From: Octopus sinensis
Taxonomy: Eukaryota
Direction: 5' to 3'
DNA: 64,000 nt
Assembly (NCBI RefSeq): GCF_006345805.1
Contig: NC_043005.1
Location: forward strand, 2,666,001-2,730,000
Of this stretch, positions 1-13,560 are shown piece after piece (the first letter of the stretch is position 1; the number at the start of each line of letters is the position of its first letter). The notes below the pieces were generated by a model, which searched no databases, was not told where the DNA came from, and saw only the letters and a list, made by a program, of their open reading frames with translations. A program made the translations under genes and the position numbers.

Positions 1-37
<37 letters not shown>

Positions 38-38
<1 letters not shown>

Positions 39-418
39 AGGCACAATAGCCCAGTGGTTAGAGCAGCGGACACGCGGTCGTAGGATCATGGTTTCGATTC
101 CCAAACTGGGCATTGTGAGTGTTTAAAGAGCGAAAACACCTGCAGCTCCACAAGGCTCCGGCAGGAGGGGGCGAGCCCTGCTGTACTCCTTCACCACAAA
201 TTTCTCCCACTCTTTCTTCCTGTTTCTGTTGTACCTGTATTTCAAAGGGCCAGTCTTGTCCTGTTCTGTGTCACACTGAATCTCTCCGAGAACTACGTTA
301 AGGGTACACGTGTCTGTGGAGTGCTCAGCCACTTGCACGTTAATTTCACGAGCAGGCTGTTCCGTTAGTTCGGATCAACCGGAACCCTCGTCGTCGTCGT
401 AACCGACGGAGCGCTACC
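38..418 (+). mobile_element. tRNA-derived SINE family A (octopus OR-like). Other copies about 14750-15115(-), 16000-16270(+), 33595-33880(-), 44225-44470(-), 49845-50090(+), 50200-50420(+), 52100-52205(-), 54075-54400(+)
   Basis: A box (tagcccagtggttag) and B box (ggtttcgattccc). The body gggtacacgtgtctgtggagtgctcagccacttgcacg recurs across the window. Confidence 0.8.
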
Positions 419-437
419 ACGATGTGTGTGTGTCTGT

Positions 438-560
438 GTGTGGTAAGAAGCTTGCTTTCCAACCACACGGTTCCGGGTTCAGTCCCACAGCGTAGCATCT
501 TGGGTAAATGTTTTCTACTATAACCTCGGGCCGACCAAAGCTTTGTCAGTGGATTTAGCT
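438..560 (+). mobile_element. tRNA-derived SINE family B (octopus OK/CORE-like). Other pieces about 2165-2540(-), 22075-22215(-), 22785-23165(-), 24115-24240(-), 41810-42125(+), 44700-44855(+), 48020-48430(+), 52460-52590(+)
   Basis: Recurrent gtggtaagaagcttgct...gggttcagtccc...gggccgaccaaagc...gtggattt. Confidence 0.75.
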
Positions 561-999
561 CGTCATAGGTGTGTGTGTGTGTGTCTTTGTGTGTATGTGT
601 GCGCATGTGTGTGTGTGTCTTTGTGTGTATGTGTGTGCATGTGTGTGTGTCTTTGTGTGTGTGTGTGTGTGTAATACACTGCCACCTTACACGTGAAAGA
701 AGTTAATTAAAAACTAACGTACCAGAACAGATTGCATCGTTAGTTGTTGTTGTTGTTGCTGTTGTTGCTATGACTGTTGCTGCCATTCTTATTATTAATG
801 GTGGTACTTTTGTTGTTCTTCTGCTTCTTACGATTCCTTATTTATTATTGATTTTTGCTGTTGTTGTTGTTGTTATTCTTGCCCATGTTAATTGTATAAC
901 ATTGTTATTTGTTTTATCGCTGGTGTTGATGTTTCTTTTTCGGGAGGGGGATGTTGTCGCACTTGTGTGTGCGTGCGTGTGTGTATGTGTGTATGCAGA

Positions 1000-1000
1000 T

Positions 1001-1035
<35 letters not shown>

Positions 1036-1138
1036 GTTAGACAGACACACACACAGACAGACAGACAGACAGACAGACACAGAGACAGACAGACACACAC
1101 AGACAGACAGACAGTCTGATAGATAGATAGATAGATAT

Positions 1139-1206
<68 letters not shown>

Positions 1207-1310
1207 GCAGATACAGACACACACACACACACACAGACAAACAGATAGGTAGATTGATAGACAGACACAAAGATAGACATACACACACACACACTCACAC
1301 ACGCTATATA
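1000..1310. repeat. (GACA)n/(GATA)n/(CA)n compound microsatellite
   Basis: Direct reading. Confidence 0.95.
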
Positions 1311-1712
1311 CACACAAATGCATATGACTGACGTTGGTGTTTGGATTATCGCTGGTTGACGATGAGGAGGAGGAGGAGGAAGTGGATAAGGGTGATGATG
1401 TTGGTGATGATGATGATGATGATGATGACGATAGTGATGATGGTGGTGGTAACAGTGAGGTGGAGTGAGGGTGGATTGGGGGTGGGGTTGTAGTCAGCCT
1501 ACAAATGACGCTTCATTCCCTGTCGACCTATTTCTTTCGCGCTCATATCCCGCTTGATCAGTCAACCTTAAATGGACTCACCCCACCCATCAACCCGCAT
1601 TCAATGTCCCTCACTTGTACCACCCCCCTTACACACACACACACACACACTGCAAATGAGCCTTTCGACAAACCGACGGTAAATATAATGAAATGTCAGC
1701 ATTAATCTGTGA

Positions 1713-2142
1713 ATGATGATGATGATGATGATGATGATGGGAGATAGGAGGAGGAGGAGGAGGAGAAGAAGAAAGAAGGAAGAAGAAGGAAGGAAGAAAG
1801 AAGAAGAAGAAGAGAATGAAGAGAAGAAAGAAAGAAGAAGAAGAAGAGAGAAAAGAAAAAGAAAGAGAAGAAGAAGAAGAAGAAGAAGAAGAAGAAGAAG
1901 AAAGAAGAAGAAAAGAACGAAGAAGAAAGAAGAAAAGAAGAGAAGAAGAAGAAGAAGAAGAAGAGGAGGAAGGGGAAGGAAAGAGAAGGAAAAGAAAGAA
2001 GAAGAAGAAGAAAGAGGAAGGAGAGGAAGAAAAAGAAGAAGAAGAAGAAGAAGACAAGGAAGATGAAGATGAGGAAGATGAAGACGATGATGAAGCGCTG
2101 GTGATGCTTGTGGTGCTTGTGGTGGTGGTGGTGGTGGTGGTG
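1713..2142. repeat. (GAT)n, (GGA)n, (GAA)n, (GGT)n purine-rich tract
   Basis: Direct reading. Confidence 0.95.
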
Positions 2143-2365
2143 TGCTTCTTTTATCCTTTCATTGTTTTAGTCAATAAACTGCGGCCATGCTGGGGCACCG
2201 CCTTGGAGAATCTTTTTTTAGTTGAATTGAGCCAAGAACTTGTTTTTTATCGCCTGGCACTTATTCTATCGGTCTCTTTTGCCGAACCGCTAATTTGCAG
2301 GGACGGTAAAAAAACCAACAGCGGTTGTCAAGCGATGGTGGGGGGCGGGGTCAAACTCATAAATG

Positions 2366-2405
<40 letters not shown>

Positions 2406-3110
2406 TCGGAGGGGCTTCTTTAAGTCTCCTTTTTCGGCTCAAGGTTATACTAGAAGAGATTTGCCCATGCAGTAGGACCGAACCTGAAGCCATGTGGTTG
2501 GAAAGCAAACCTCTTGGCACACAGCTATGCTCGTGCCTAGAAGTGGCCAGCCAACCGCTACGGAGACTCGAACCCTGATCCTCTCAAATTCCGCTTCAAC
2601 GCTTTCGACCACTAAACTAGGCGAACCTTGTTGTTTTCTCTGTCGTTTGCTGCTGTTTTGTTGCAAATTACTGCTAAACAAATCATTTTCCCTTTAATAA
2701 AGGAATTATTGCTGTTGTTGTTGGTGGTGTTGTTGTATGCGTTACACGCTTCAATGAACGTCTTTAGCTCATCCATCATGACATTATTTTTCTAACGTCT
2801 CTCTCTCTCTCTCTCTCTCTTTCTTTCTCTCTCAACTTTATACCTTTTCTTTTTCACGTCTACACCCAATCTCTCTTTCTCTCTCTTTCTCTCTTTCTCT
2901 TTATTCACACACACGCACACACACATAATATATATACACATATATACATATTCATCATTATCTCTGTCTGTCGCTCTCTCCGTCTCTGTCTCTGTCTCTC
3001 TGTCTCTCTCTATATATATATATATATTTATATCATTTCTATATCTATATCTTTTCTTCGAATCATCTTTTCACGTACATATTTTTTCTATAACGCATGC
3101 ACACACCTCT

Positions 3111-3191
<81 letters not shown>

Positions 3192-3942
3192 CTCTCTCTT
3201 CTTCACTCTATCTCTCTTCCCTCTCTTTCATTCTTTTTCATGTACATTCGCTTCTTCTCTCTGTTTACCAATCGTCTATATCTGTCTATATGTCCGTCTG
3301 TCCATCCTTTCTATCCATCAATTTTATCTATCTTTCCAACTATCCCTCTATCCAACGTTCGAAACACGGTGTAGATAAAACAGGGGACAACTGATGAAGG
3401 AATTGTTCTTTACGATGCCTGTCTCTTTTCTCTATTTCTTTCTTTCGTTGTTCGAAGAAGTTCGAGGTATGTATATATATATATATATACATACATACAT
3501 ACATACATACATACATACATACATACATACATGCATGCATGCATGCATGCATACATACATGCATACATATATACATATATATAAAGAATATGGGGGTTTA
3601 GTTCACTGGTGATCTAAACGAATAGGTACGCTGGGTAAGTACCGTAACGGATTATCAGGGTTCCAAGCTCGTAACTAAAACGGGAGTTATGGACCCATTT
3701 TAGGTTTACGATTCAGCAGATATATATTTGTGAAAGAGGACAACAGACACCGAAAGCATGATAAGCATCAAAAGTCATTATACACTTTTTAATATTATTC
3801 TTAAGACCTCAACTAAAACAATAACAAAATAAAATAATATATATCAATTGAGATGCTTTTTAGGCTCGTATTTGTTGCCCTCTTTCACAAATATACATAC
3901 ATAACATATAATATATATATATATATATATATACATACATAC

Positions 3943-4063
<121 letters not shown>

Positions 4064-4305
4064 TTATTCGAGACAAAACCACTATTTTGCAAAACAAACA
4101 AGGAAAGACTTAATATACAAACAAGGAAAGACTTAATTAATACATAAAATTTTAATAAATTTTAAAATTTTATGTATTAATAAGTCTTTCCTGTTTGTTT
4201 TGCAAAATAGTGGTTTTGTCTCGAATAATATTATAATATTTTACTATAAAATCGATTAATCCTAAATCGATTTTTCCTGTAAATTTGGATTTATTCCCTA
4301 ATATT

Positions 4306-4337
<32 letters not shown>

Positions 4338-4340
<3 letters not shown>

Positions 4341-5380
4341 TAAACAGTAAAATTAAATACAGACAGGACAAGAACATGAAACACCACAGAGACGACACAA
4401 GAACCACAGGACGGGACATTCGAAGCCTCAGTCATCAGTCAAGAACCAGATCATCTTAGCAATTTCGGCTGATTATCTTGAGATTGCTCCGATATGGCCA
4501 GCCCGCCAAGGGAAATCTAAAGCCAAGCGCATTAGATCCCCTGGAAGAAAGCTTCGAATGTATACAACGAAAGGAGGAAAACGATCGAAGTACACAAACA
4601 AAAATACAGAATCCGTGACACCATAAGAATACAAAAACGTAAAAACATAACGGTAAAAATAAAAAAATAAACAACAAAACAAAACGGACGTAGGACAAGG
4701 GTCTTTCGAAGGACGATTGAGTAGGGGTGGCTTGTGAAGTTTTGTGCCTAAAGGCCACGGGGAGACGAACAAATAGTGTTGCTTCTGAGGCTGCTGAAAA
4801 CGAAAAGAGCGCTCAACAGCGGCTAGCTTTCACGTGAGAACAAAAGACAGGAGAAAGGACAGAAGAAAAAGGGAGAGAAGGTGGACGAGGGAGGAGAAGA
4901 AAGAGACAGATCGAGGGGGCTGGAGGTGTGAGAGAGATAGGAGAATTAGAAGGGGGGGGGACGGATGGAGAGGGAAAGAACGGAGTGGAATAAGGGAGGA
5001 GAGGAGAGAGAGAGAAAAAGAGACAGATTAGATCGTATCAAAGCTTGAGAAAAAAATATATATCGTATAAGGACAATGGGATACGTAGCCGCCGATTATA
5101 TAGGTAACAGTTAAAAATAAATACAGACATGGACAAGAACTGAAACACCACAGAGACGACACAAGAACCACAGGAGGGACATTCGAAGCCTCAGTCATCA
5201 GTCAAGAACCAGATCATCTTAGCAATTTCGGCTGATTAATCTTGAGATTGCTCCGATAGGCCAGCCCGCCAAGGGAAATCTAAAGCAAGCGCATTAGATC
5301 CCCTGGAAGAAAGCTTCGAATGTATACAACGAAAGGACGGAAAACGATCGAAGTACACAATCGAAGTAAACGATCGACGT
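4338..5380 (-). mobile_element. Non-autonomous Penelope-type insert with a ~260-bp direct repeat (4338-4600 and 5102-5360)
   Basis: Near-identical partial tandem (pseudo-LTR-like) inside (TA)n. Carries CTGATGA and GAAA motifs on the minus strand. Confidence 0.6.
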
Positions 5381-5414
5381 ATATATATATATATATATGT
5401 ATGTATATATATAT

Positions 5415-5445
<31 letters not shown>

Positions 5446-5489
5446 CTATTATATATATTATTATATATAATATATATATATATATATGC

Positions 5490-5573
<84 letters not shown>

Positions 5574-5585
5574 GCATATATATAC

Positions 5586-5632
<47 letters not shown>

Positions 5633-5673
5633 ATACATACATGCATGCATGCATACATACATACATACATAAT

Positions 5674-5711
<38 letters not shown>

Positions 5712-5715
5712 ATAT

Positions 5716-5756
<41 letters not shown>

Positions 5757-5757
5757 G
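5380..5757. repeat. (TA)n with (TACA)n and (GA)n. Similar tracts at 3905-4058, 23820-24092, 32082-32580, 32762-32872, 33230-33337 and 60150-60550
   Basis: Direct reading. Confidence 0.95.
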
Positions 5758-6001
5758 AACCGTCTACATGTCTGTTTTACTCTCTTTTTCTCTCCATATA
5801 TACATATAAAGGGAAAGTTACGAAAATAAACAAAAGACGAAGGCAGGTGGAGTACAAACAAACAAATGTATTAGTATAGCGCTCAGGATAGAAAAAGTCT
5901 TTTACGTTTCGAGCCCACGCTCTTCTACAGAAAGATTACACAGAAAAAAAAACACGGATATATATTATTTATATTATATGTATATATAATGTATGTATGT
6001 A

Positions 6002-6055
<54 letters not shown>

Positions 6056-6169
6056 CATACATACATATATATACATACATACATACACACATATATATAT
6101 CATACATAGATACGTAAATCTATTCTGTTCATTTAATTCCCATTGGACTTTATCACAAGTTTCATCCTA

Positions 6170-9100
6170 TTATTAAGATCCCCCATCACTTATAGAATGT
6201 CCCATTGGCCTGCGCAACACCGATCCCCTGACAGTCAAGCCTGTCTCCTTTGCCAAACCAACAGAAGAGTAGGAAAAGCTGAGAATCTGGCGCCTTCGGA
6301 TAACCAGTGCTCCGGGTAGGCTGTACTCGTTAGCCTCGGGTGGCAAGCAGCCTAGGCGAAGGACCACTCTGAGTTTGAAACCAGGGGAGCAAGGACCTTG
6401 ACGCCTTGGTGGACTACCTTGATAGAAGCTATTAAAAGAAGGATATCAGGCAATGCTGGGCATGCGAGAAACGAAAGTGGCATAGTAGAAGAGATGGACA
6501 ATTGTTCGTAAGAATATAATACTGGGAACTGTGAAAGGATTGAGACCAGGAGCTACTCAAACAATGAAGATCGATTGATGATAGACAGAATTTTCGATCT
6601 ATTCTTTTTTACTCAAGGCACAAGACCCGAAAATTTGTGGGGAGGGGGCTAGTCGATTAGATCGACCCCAGTACGCAAGTGGTAATTAATTTATCGACCC
6701 CGAAAGGAAGGAAGGCAAAGTCGACCTCGGCGGAATTTGAACTCAGAACGTAAAGACAGACGAAATACCTATTTCTTTACTACCCACAAGGGGCTAAACA
6801 CAGAGAGGACAAACAAGGACAGACGAAGGGATTAAGTCGATTATATCGACCCCAGTGCGTAACTGGTACTTAATTTATCGTCCCCGAAAGGATGAAAGGC
6901 AAAGTCGACCTCGGCGGAATTTGAACTCAGAACGTAGCGGCAGGCGAAATACCGTTAAGCATTTCGCCCGGCGTGCTAACGTTTCTGCCAGCTCGCATCT
7001 GGATCTATTAAATACAAAAGGGACAGAATTTATGTACGACTTTAAGAAAGCTTACCAATGGAGACTAAATCAAGAGACGAATAAAGGTGATACTGTACTG
7101 AGAGACATCGGAAGGAAGAACATCAGCTGGTAGGATTGTGGCGGAAAGGATGGGATTGAGAACTACTGAGAATAGAACAGCGACGGCTAGAAGAGGAAAT
7201 ATACAACAGTGGTAGAAAAGGAGAATTTCTTCAAGAACTCCTTGAACAGTGTAGTGTCCAATACTTGTCAGGAAAAGAAATGGAGAACTTAAGAATGTAT
7301 GGAAATTCGAAAAATGAAGAAGTATGGTGTAGATACGAAAGGCCTGAATGTTGTGATTGAAGAACTGAAGCAGCGCATACAGGCAAAAAAAGCAAAGCTA
7401 ACTCGGTTTGAACACCGGATTAAGCAATACCAGCAAAACAAATTGTTTAGAACCGACCGAAAAATATTTTATCAAGAGATTAATGACAATAAAAACCGTG
7501 AAAGATTAGTCCCTGATGATGATGAAAGTCGATTTTTCTGGGATAAGATATGGAGTAAGCAAGAACAGCATAATACTACAAGTGAGTGGTTCTGCAGCCT
7601 AAAGCAAACAGCTTCTTATCCCCAGCAAGAGGCTCTCCACTTCACAGAAGACAGTATCAGAAATATGAGTAAAAAATGAGCAATTGGAAAGCAGCAGGAC
7701 CTGATGATGTACAGGAATTTTGGATAAAAAAGTTCAGTAGTTGCCGTAAATTGATCGCAGAACAATTTAATTCATTGATCAATGGAGAAACAGAAATCTC
7801 CGGGATGGTTGACAAAAGGACGAACGGTGTTGTGCCTGAAGGGTGCATCAAATTGGTCTGTAGTCGCTGACCAATTTCTTGCCTCCCATTAACGTGGAAG
7901 TTTCTATCAGGAGGAATTAAAGAAGAATTATATAAATTTCTTGATGAGAACGATATATTACCGCCGGAACAAAAAGGCTGTAGAAGGAGATGCAAAGGTA
8001 TCCATGATCAATTATTGATAGACAAAATGGTAATGCAAGATTGTAAGCGAAGAACAAACCTGGGAATGGTCTGGACTGACTATCACGAAGCTTATGATAT
8101 GATTCCACATTGGTGGATCATTGAGGGCCAAGATCTGTTTGGAATTGCGAGGAATGTGACGTGTTTCCTGACGAGAAGTATGGTGGGATGGATGTGTGTT
8201 CCCTGCATGACCTTGGTACTTAGAAAAATGAACTAGGGGTACCAACTAAAGGGAAAATCCCAAACAATCAACCTCCTCCTTTTCATGGATGATTTGAAAC
8301 TGTATGGCAAAGATGAGACATAAGTGAGTTCCTTGGTGAACACGGTCCCTTGTTTTATTATCGATATTAGAATGGAATCTGGACTCTAGAAATGCGGAGT
8401 AATCTACCTAAAAAGGGGCACGGTACAGACCCTAGCAGAGATGGAATTACCGAATAGAGATTTGATTAAACAAATTGAAACGGAAGGATATAATTATCTT
8501 GGTGTACTTGAGTGCAACGAGATAATGGGAAAGGAAATGAAAGAGCAACTGAGGATGGAGTATTTCCGAAGACTGAGGTTGGTGTTGTGCTCAAAATTGA
8601 TTGGATGGAATGAAATCGAAGCAGTTTATACGTGGGTGATAGCAACACTTCGGTATGGAGCGGGAATTATAAAATAGCAAAAGAGAGAAATGAAGAAAAT
8701 AGATACCAAGACTAGAAAAATGCTGTCAGTACACGGAGCCTTCCACCCTAAGAGTGGCACTAATAGGCTGTATTTGTCCAGGGGAAAGGTCGGGAGAGGT
8801 TTGATCACATGTCAGGACTGTACCGAAGCAGAGGAAAACAGATTAGGGTGGTATATAAAAGATGCCGTGGAGCCATTGTTGAAACATACGAAGAAAACCA
8901 GCGACATCAAAACTGAAAATTGTGTAATGAAAAAAAAAATTTAACCAGAAATGAGCAGAAAAAAAAATAAGTATGGAAGGCAAAAAATGGACGGCCAGTT
9001 TGCAAGAGATGTGATCGCCAAAACAGATAGAGAGGACCGATGGCTATGAATGAGGAGGAGCGACCTGAAGTTAGAGACAGAAGCACTCATATGCGCAGCT

Positions 9101-9870
9101 CAGGAACAAGCGTTAAGGACCAATTATATGAAGTGCAGAATTGACAACACTACCGTTAGTGACAAATGCAGATTGTGTGGTGAGAGGGGTGAACCGGTAT
9201 GGCACAGCGTTAGCGAGTGCCCGAAATTGGCACAACTCGAATGCAAAAGACACCATGACAATGTGGCAAGAAGGATCCATTGGGAGATCTGTGAAAATCA
9301 CGGCCTACAAAGAGCAAAGACATGGTATGAGCAAACCCCAGAAGGAGTCACCGAGACTGAGAATTGCAAAATCCTGTGGGATGTAATGATCCAGTGCGAC
9401 CACTTGACCAGACATCGGAAACCGGACATTGTTGTGGTGAATAAAAGAGAAAGAACATGTATTATTATCAACATAGCCTGTCCCAGTGGCAACAGAATCA
9501 ATGTGAAAGAAGAAGAAGAAATACACCTATGACGATATAAAGTGGGAAATACGAAGGTTGTGGACAATGAGGAGAGTAGACGTGACACCAATAGTAATTG
9601 GTGCACTTGGAAGTATCAACACTCAACAACCAGCATGGCAGAAATGAGTACAAAAAAAAAGCACGGAAGGAAAAAAAATTTACGGCCAAGTATGCAGGTG
9701 CAAGTGTGAAGGTAGAACACCTACAAAAATCAGCATCGCTTGGAACTGCAATAATTCTTTCGCAGGGTTTTTGAAGCCCGACCAGTAAAACAAGTGTCAC
9801 CTTTGTCTGCTGGCTGTGGACAGCTGACACTTTCCATCATATCCAGCGAAGTAAGCTGTGAGTTTTCAAC
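6170..9870 (+). mobile_element. Decayed Dong/R4-clade non-LTR retrotransposon (RT, CCHC knuckle, restriction-like endonuclease), interrupted by SINEs at 6605-6997
   Basis: Fragments [65 protein letters not shown] and RKPDIVVVNK. Many stops and frameshifts. The QGDSLSP region is missing near 8195. The 3' end runs into (AAT)n. Core 7290-9870 is clear; the 5' part is tentative. Confidence 0.88.
6605..6997 (-). mobile_element. Two adjacent copies of SINE family C (MetaSINE-like central domain). Other copies about 15170-15690(+), 26617-26812(-), 34225-34460(-), 40125-40340(-), 42625-42785(-), 43857-44090(+), 55065-55260(-), 59315-59780(+)
   Basis: Head gagctggcagaaacgttagc, B box gagttcaaattcc, core gcctttcatcctttcggggtcgataaattaagtaccag. 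Confidence 0.82.
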
Positions 9871-9904
9871 AAATAATAATAATAATAATAATAATAATAG
9901 TAAC

Positions 9905-12480
9905 ACTTTCTTTTAATGACCACAAGGGCTGAACACAAAACAAAAAGGGAGATACAATACAAGGGACAAATGGGGTGTGGAACAATGCCGTGTATGCAAT
10001 AACCATCAAAAAACAATTAACAAAATAATTAAACAATAAAAATTCCCCCAAAAGGAGGGAGTCCCCTTCACAGGGACAGTCGACGAACCCCACACATTCT
10101 GGTTATCCCGACCGCCAGAGGCACCTCCTACAGGCGCCTCTCTCCTTCTCATGCTCCGCCGATTTACAAACGAAAGGCCAGAGTAGGTCCATTCACAAGG
10201 GCCAACCTCGCCACATTGACTGAACAAATTTACTAGGGGGGGGGAAGAACTTCCCTCTCTACTCTCACTTTTCTTTTCAGGTGGAACTTGAAAAAGTCGA
10301 TGAGGGCTTGGCCGAAGAGGAAAGTATTTGTCTTCAGTCCTTCCAATTCCGTTCACTACACTACCTATTTCGCCATGGCCACCAGACAGAAGAAAACTGC
10401 CTTTCCTTCTCGGCCTAAAGAAGGGGCGATCTTCATGATGGACTTGGCTGATAACCGGATTCATCCTACACGTGACAATAGTTGTTCGACAAGGCTCCAC
10501 AAATCGGTAATGCACAGACACTGGACAAGTGCATGCAGGACGGTTTCGTCGCCCTGCGCACACCTCGGACAGGTCCGTCTGACAGCACTTCCGTGTCTTA
10601 AAGGTTGTCTCAAGCCGGCAGAGTTCCCTGGAAGCACTGCCAGGCCAGGGATTTCTCGAAGTTACCCATAGACTCCGGCTCGAAAGTCCTCCGGAAAAGA
10701 CCAGTGAGTTGATCCCTCTCGACGCCCAGAGTTTTCCCGAGTACGTCGTCGCTCTTTCCCGCCACTAATCCCTTATAGAACTCCATACTGGTACTTCCAT
10801 CGATTGGCAGAAAGTTGTAAGCGCTTGTCAACACTCCAAGGTGCCAAGCGCCCTTTCTTGGTCAACGCTTGATCTACGACTGTAGCTCCGTCAATGAGAC
10901 GAGGTGCAGAAAATCTTGCTTCACAAACGGCGACCATACCTGTTTACTGTTAAGAAAGCACTAGAGATGACGCAGTCTCAGTGCGTGTCTGCGCATCATT
11001 AGCCACGGCATGCTCAGCCCTCCACTCAGCGGTTGTTGACAGCAGATGGACCGTCTAACGAGCGGAACACATCCCTTCAACAGAAAACGGAAGAGCAAGC
11101 ATTCCAACTTGATCAACCACGAAGTAGGACAAGGGACGACGGCCAAGCGGTAGTAGATGACGTAAGTGATGTACGCATTCGCCACTTCCCCCCGACCTTT
11201 CAGGGACAGCTTCCTCTCTGCCCATTTCTGAGTGAGATTGGCTGTTTGCCATGTCCGACATTCGTGCACTCGGGAAGTCCAGTTGATCCCTGTCAGCCAA
11301 TTGAAAACGACTGAGCAGGTTTGTGAGGCTTTCGCACCACCACCTTCTCCTATCGGCTAGCCCCATCCTATCCAGGCGTGCATCCAAAATGGCGTTCCAG
11401 TCGCACACTAGAACTAAAGAGTGAGATGTCCTAAGGAAAACCTCCAAACGCCTGAAGAAATTTGGTTTCCTCGTCCCAACTGGGGCATATACAGCGACTA
11501 GTGTGAAAGCACCACCCTAGCTGTTACTCACATCCAGGACCACCATCTTACCTTCCCGAGCCGGGAAAATCTTCCGTACCTCGAAATTCACTTTCCTAAA
11601 CAGTACTGCCACCTTCCACCACCCCATTCCAGGCCGACTAAGAGAGGCGTAGATCTCAAAATCGTCGAAAATGTGGGTCAGATCGCGTGTGTCGGAAATC
11701 CTGGCTTTCTTATCAGCTGTCACATCTACAGATAGTGACCTGGGGCCGTTGAGCAGGCGTCCCTGCTTCCAGTGAGACCCTAGGCCACATACATTTACAC
11801 AGCTCACTCTAATCAATTCCATGCCGGTCGGAAAGAGCTCTGAGAAAGAAAAAGAGCGAGGTTACTTACCTTGCCGGTGCTGTTGGCGGTCGGATGGCCT
11901 GGCCTCTGGTTCTGGTTGGAGAACCCCTTTAAAAGTCTTTTAGAGGCTGCTGTTACATTGGGAGTTCCCACGTCGTGTGGGAAGACCTCCTGAATGTTCT
12001 TGTACGTTGTTTGTGGCACACGCACTAACAACAGCTCTTCAGGCACTTTAAGGGTGCTGGCGTCATGAATTGCTCCCTCTCTCTCTCTCAATCTCTTTAT
12101 TTCGAGCTATGAGGGCCATGAGATCTTTATTTGCTCTCCTCACTAGCACAAAATTCGGGATCTGAGAATTTGACAGTTCTTCCGAAAGCTTTCTTTTGAG
12201 GTGGGGTTGTGGTGGTGGTGATAGCTTTTGTTCTGTAGGCGATGGCTGAGCTGGAGGCGTTGTTGTCTGTGTGACGGTACTTTTTGTGTTGTCTAATGTT
12301 TGTGTTGGTGTGGATCCGGATGTTAACTGACGAATCCTTATCAAATCATAGCCTGCTGTCATAGCCTTCCACCTCCCACGAACGGAAGAGGATCGCAGGA
12401 GCACAAAGAAAACGTGAACCACACAAGCCCAGAGCCAACTTAAGTCTCAACAGACCATCAGTGCCCAACCAATGTTAGTT
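9905..12480 (-). mobile_element. Decayed L1/Tx1-clade LINE lacking the RT domain
   Basis: AP-endonuclease motifs (VNVCGL, LVAVYAP, CDWNAILD) join near 11250 directly to post-RT sequence (KWAERKLSLKGRGEVAN, GGLSMP) and a C-terminal CPRC...ETVLHALVQC knuckle. ORF1 and 5'UTR remnants at 11830-12480. Confidence 0.87.
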
Positions 12481-12984
12481 AAAGCAGTAGTTCCTTCTTT
12501 ACAATAAGAGAGGATGGAAGTAAGCACACACATTACAGAAACTGTCTGTAAGTGGAACAGTAACGATATGCGAGACTTCTCTCAAATTCAACATGTGGCA
12601 TTGTTTTCGTTATCTATATTCCAACGATGGAGTCTTGTATCTTTGTTAGAAACCAGCGCCTTTTTCAGAAGAAGAATTTAAAGGATTAAATACTGAGGAA
12701 ATAACATACTTATAAATAAGCCTTATACAGCCATAAATACGTTGGCTACCTTTGGTTTCATGTAAAAAGAAGATCCTATTCATGGTCCAGGCGTTTCATG
12801 TTGTGAAACATCAGCCATTACACTAGTCATACCTGACTGAAAAAAAAAAACGAATGACCAAATACATGTTGATTCCTTTTTTATCAATTATTGATATTAT
12901 TGATTATACACCAATTGTTACCATTGATTATATAACTGTTGATATTATCGATGCTATTGTATAATCATTGATATTGTTTTACAA

Positions 12985-13330
12985 TTATTCATGTCCACCT
13001 TCCGTGCGCTTGCTTTCCGCCATTTCTCTGCAGAACAATTTCTTGGGGAATCGCGTGTCGGGCATTCGAACAAGATGGCCTGTCCAACCGAGTTGCGATC
13101 TCCTCAGCAATGTGTAGATACTTGGCAGATCAGCTCGAGAAAGGACCTCTGTGTCTGGTACCTTGTCTGGCAAGATGAATTTCGACAGCTTTTTCATGTA
13201 ATTCATGCAGAAACGACTTAGGCGTACAGCAACGTAAGCAGTAGAACTCTTGGTACTCCTTCAACTTGATGGCCAGCCTAATGCCCCTCCTCTCCCACAC
13301 TGACTTCAAGGACTCGCTCAGCCTTGAGAT
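12985..13330 (-). mobile_element. RTE-BovB LINE fragment (post-RT region)
   Basis: VWERRGIRLAIKLK and DKVPDTEVLSRADLPSIYTLLRRSQLGWTGHLVRMPDTRFPKKLF. Confidence 0.85.
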
Positions 13331-13334
13331 CAAT

Positions 13335-13560
13335 CTCGACACCGAAGAAACGCAAGCATGAGACCGTCCTACCTGACAAAGCAGCACCGACAGAGGCGCC
13401 ACCTCCCACGAACAGAATAGGATCGCAGGAGCACAACGGACTACATAAACCCAGAGCCAACTTAAGTCTCAACAGACCACCAGTGTCCAACCCGTTGCCC
13501 AATGCACCGGACTGACTGACCACAGCCGGGCACACTCTGATCCCTCTTCTCCCGTGGCAT
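13335..13560 (-). mobile_element. Second copy of the putative Tx1 5' region
   Basis: 13400-13490 closely matches 12370-12470 (ccacctcccacgaac...ggatcgcaggagcacaa...cccagagccaacttaagtctcaacagacca). Confidence 0.7.

Noticed and set aside
38-112. tRNA gene
   Set aside because: A/B boxes are present but the sequence continues into a repeated SINE body. No clean cloverleaf or terminator.
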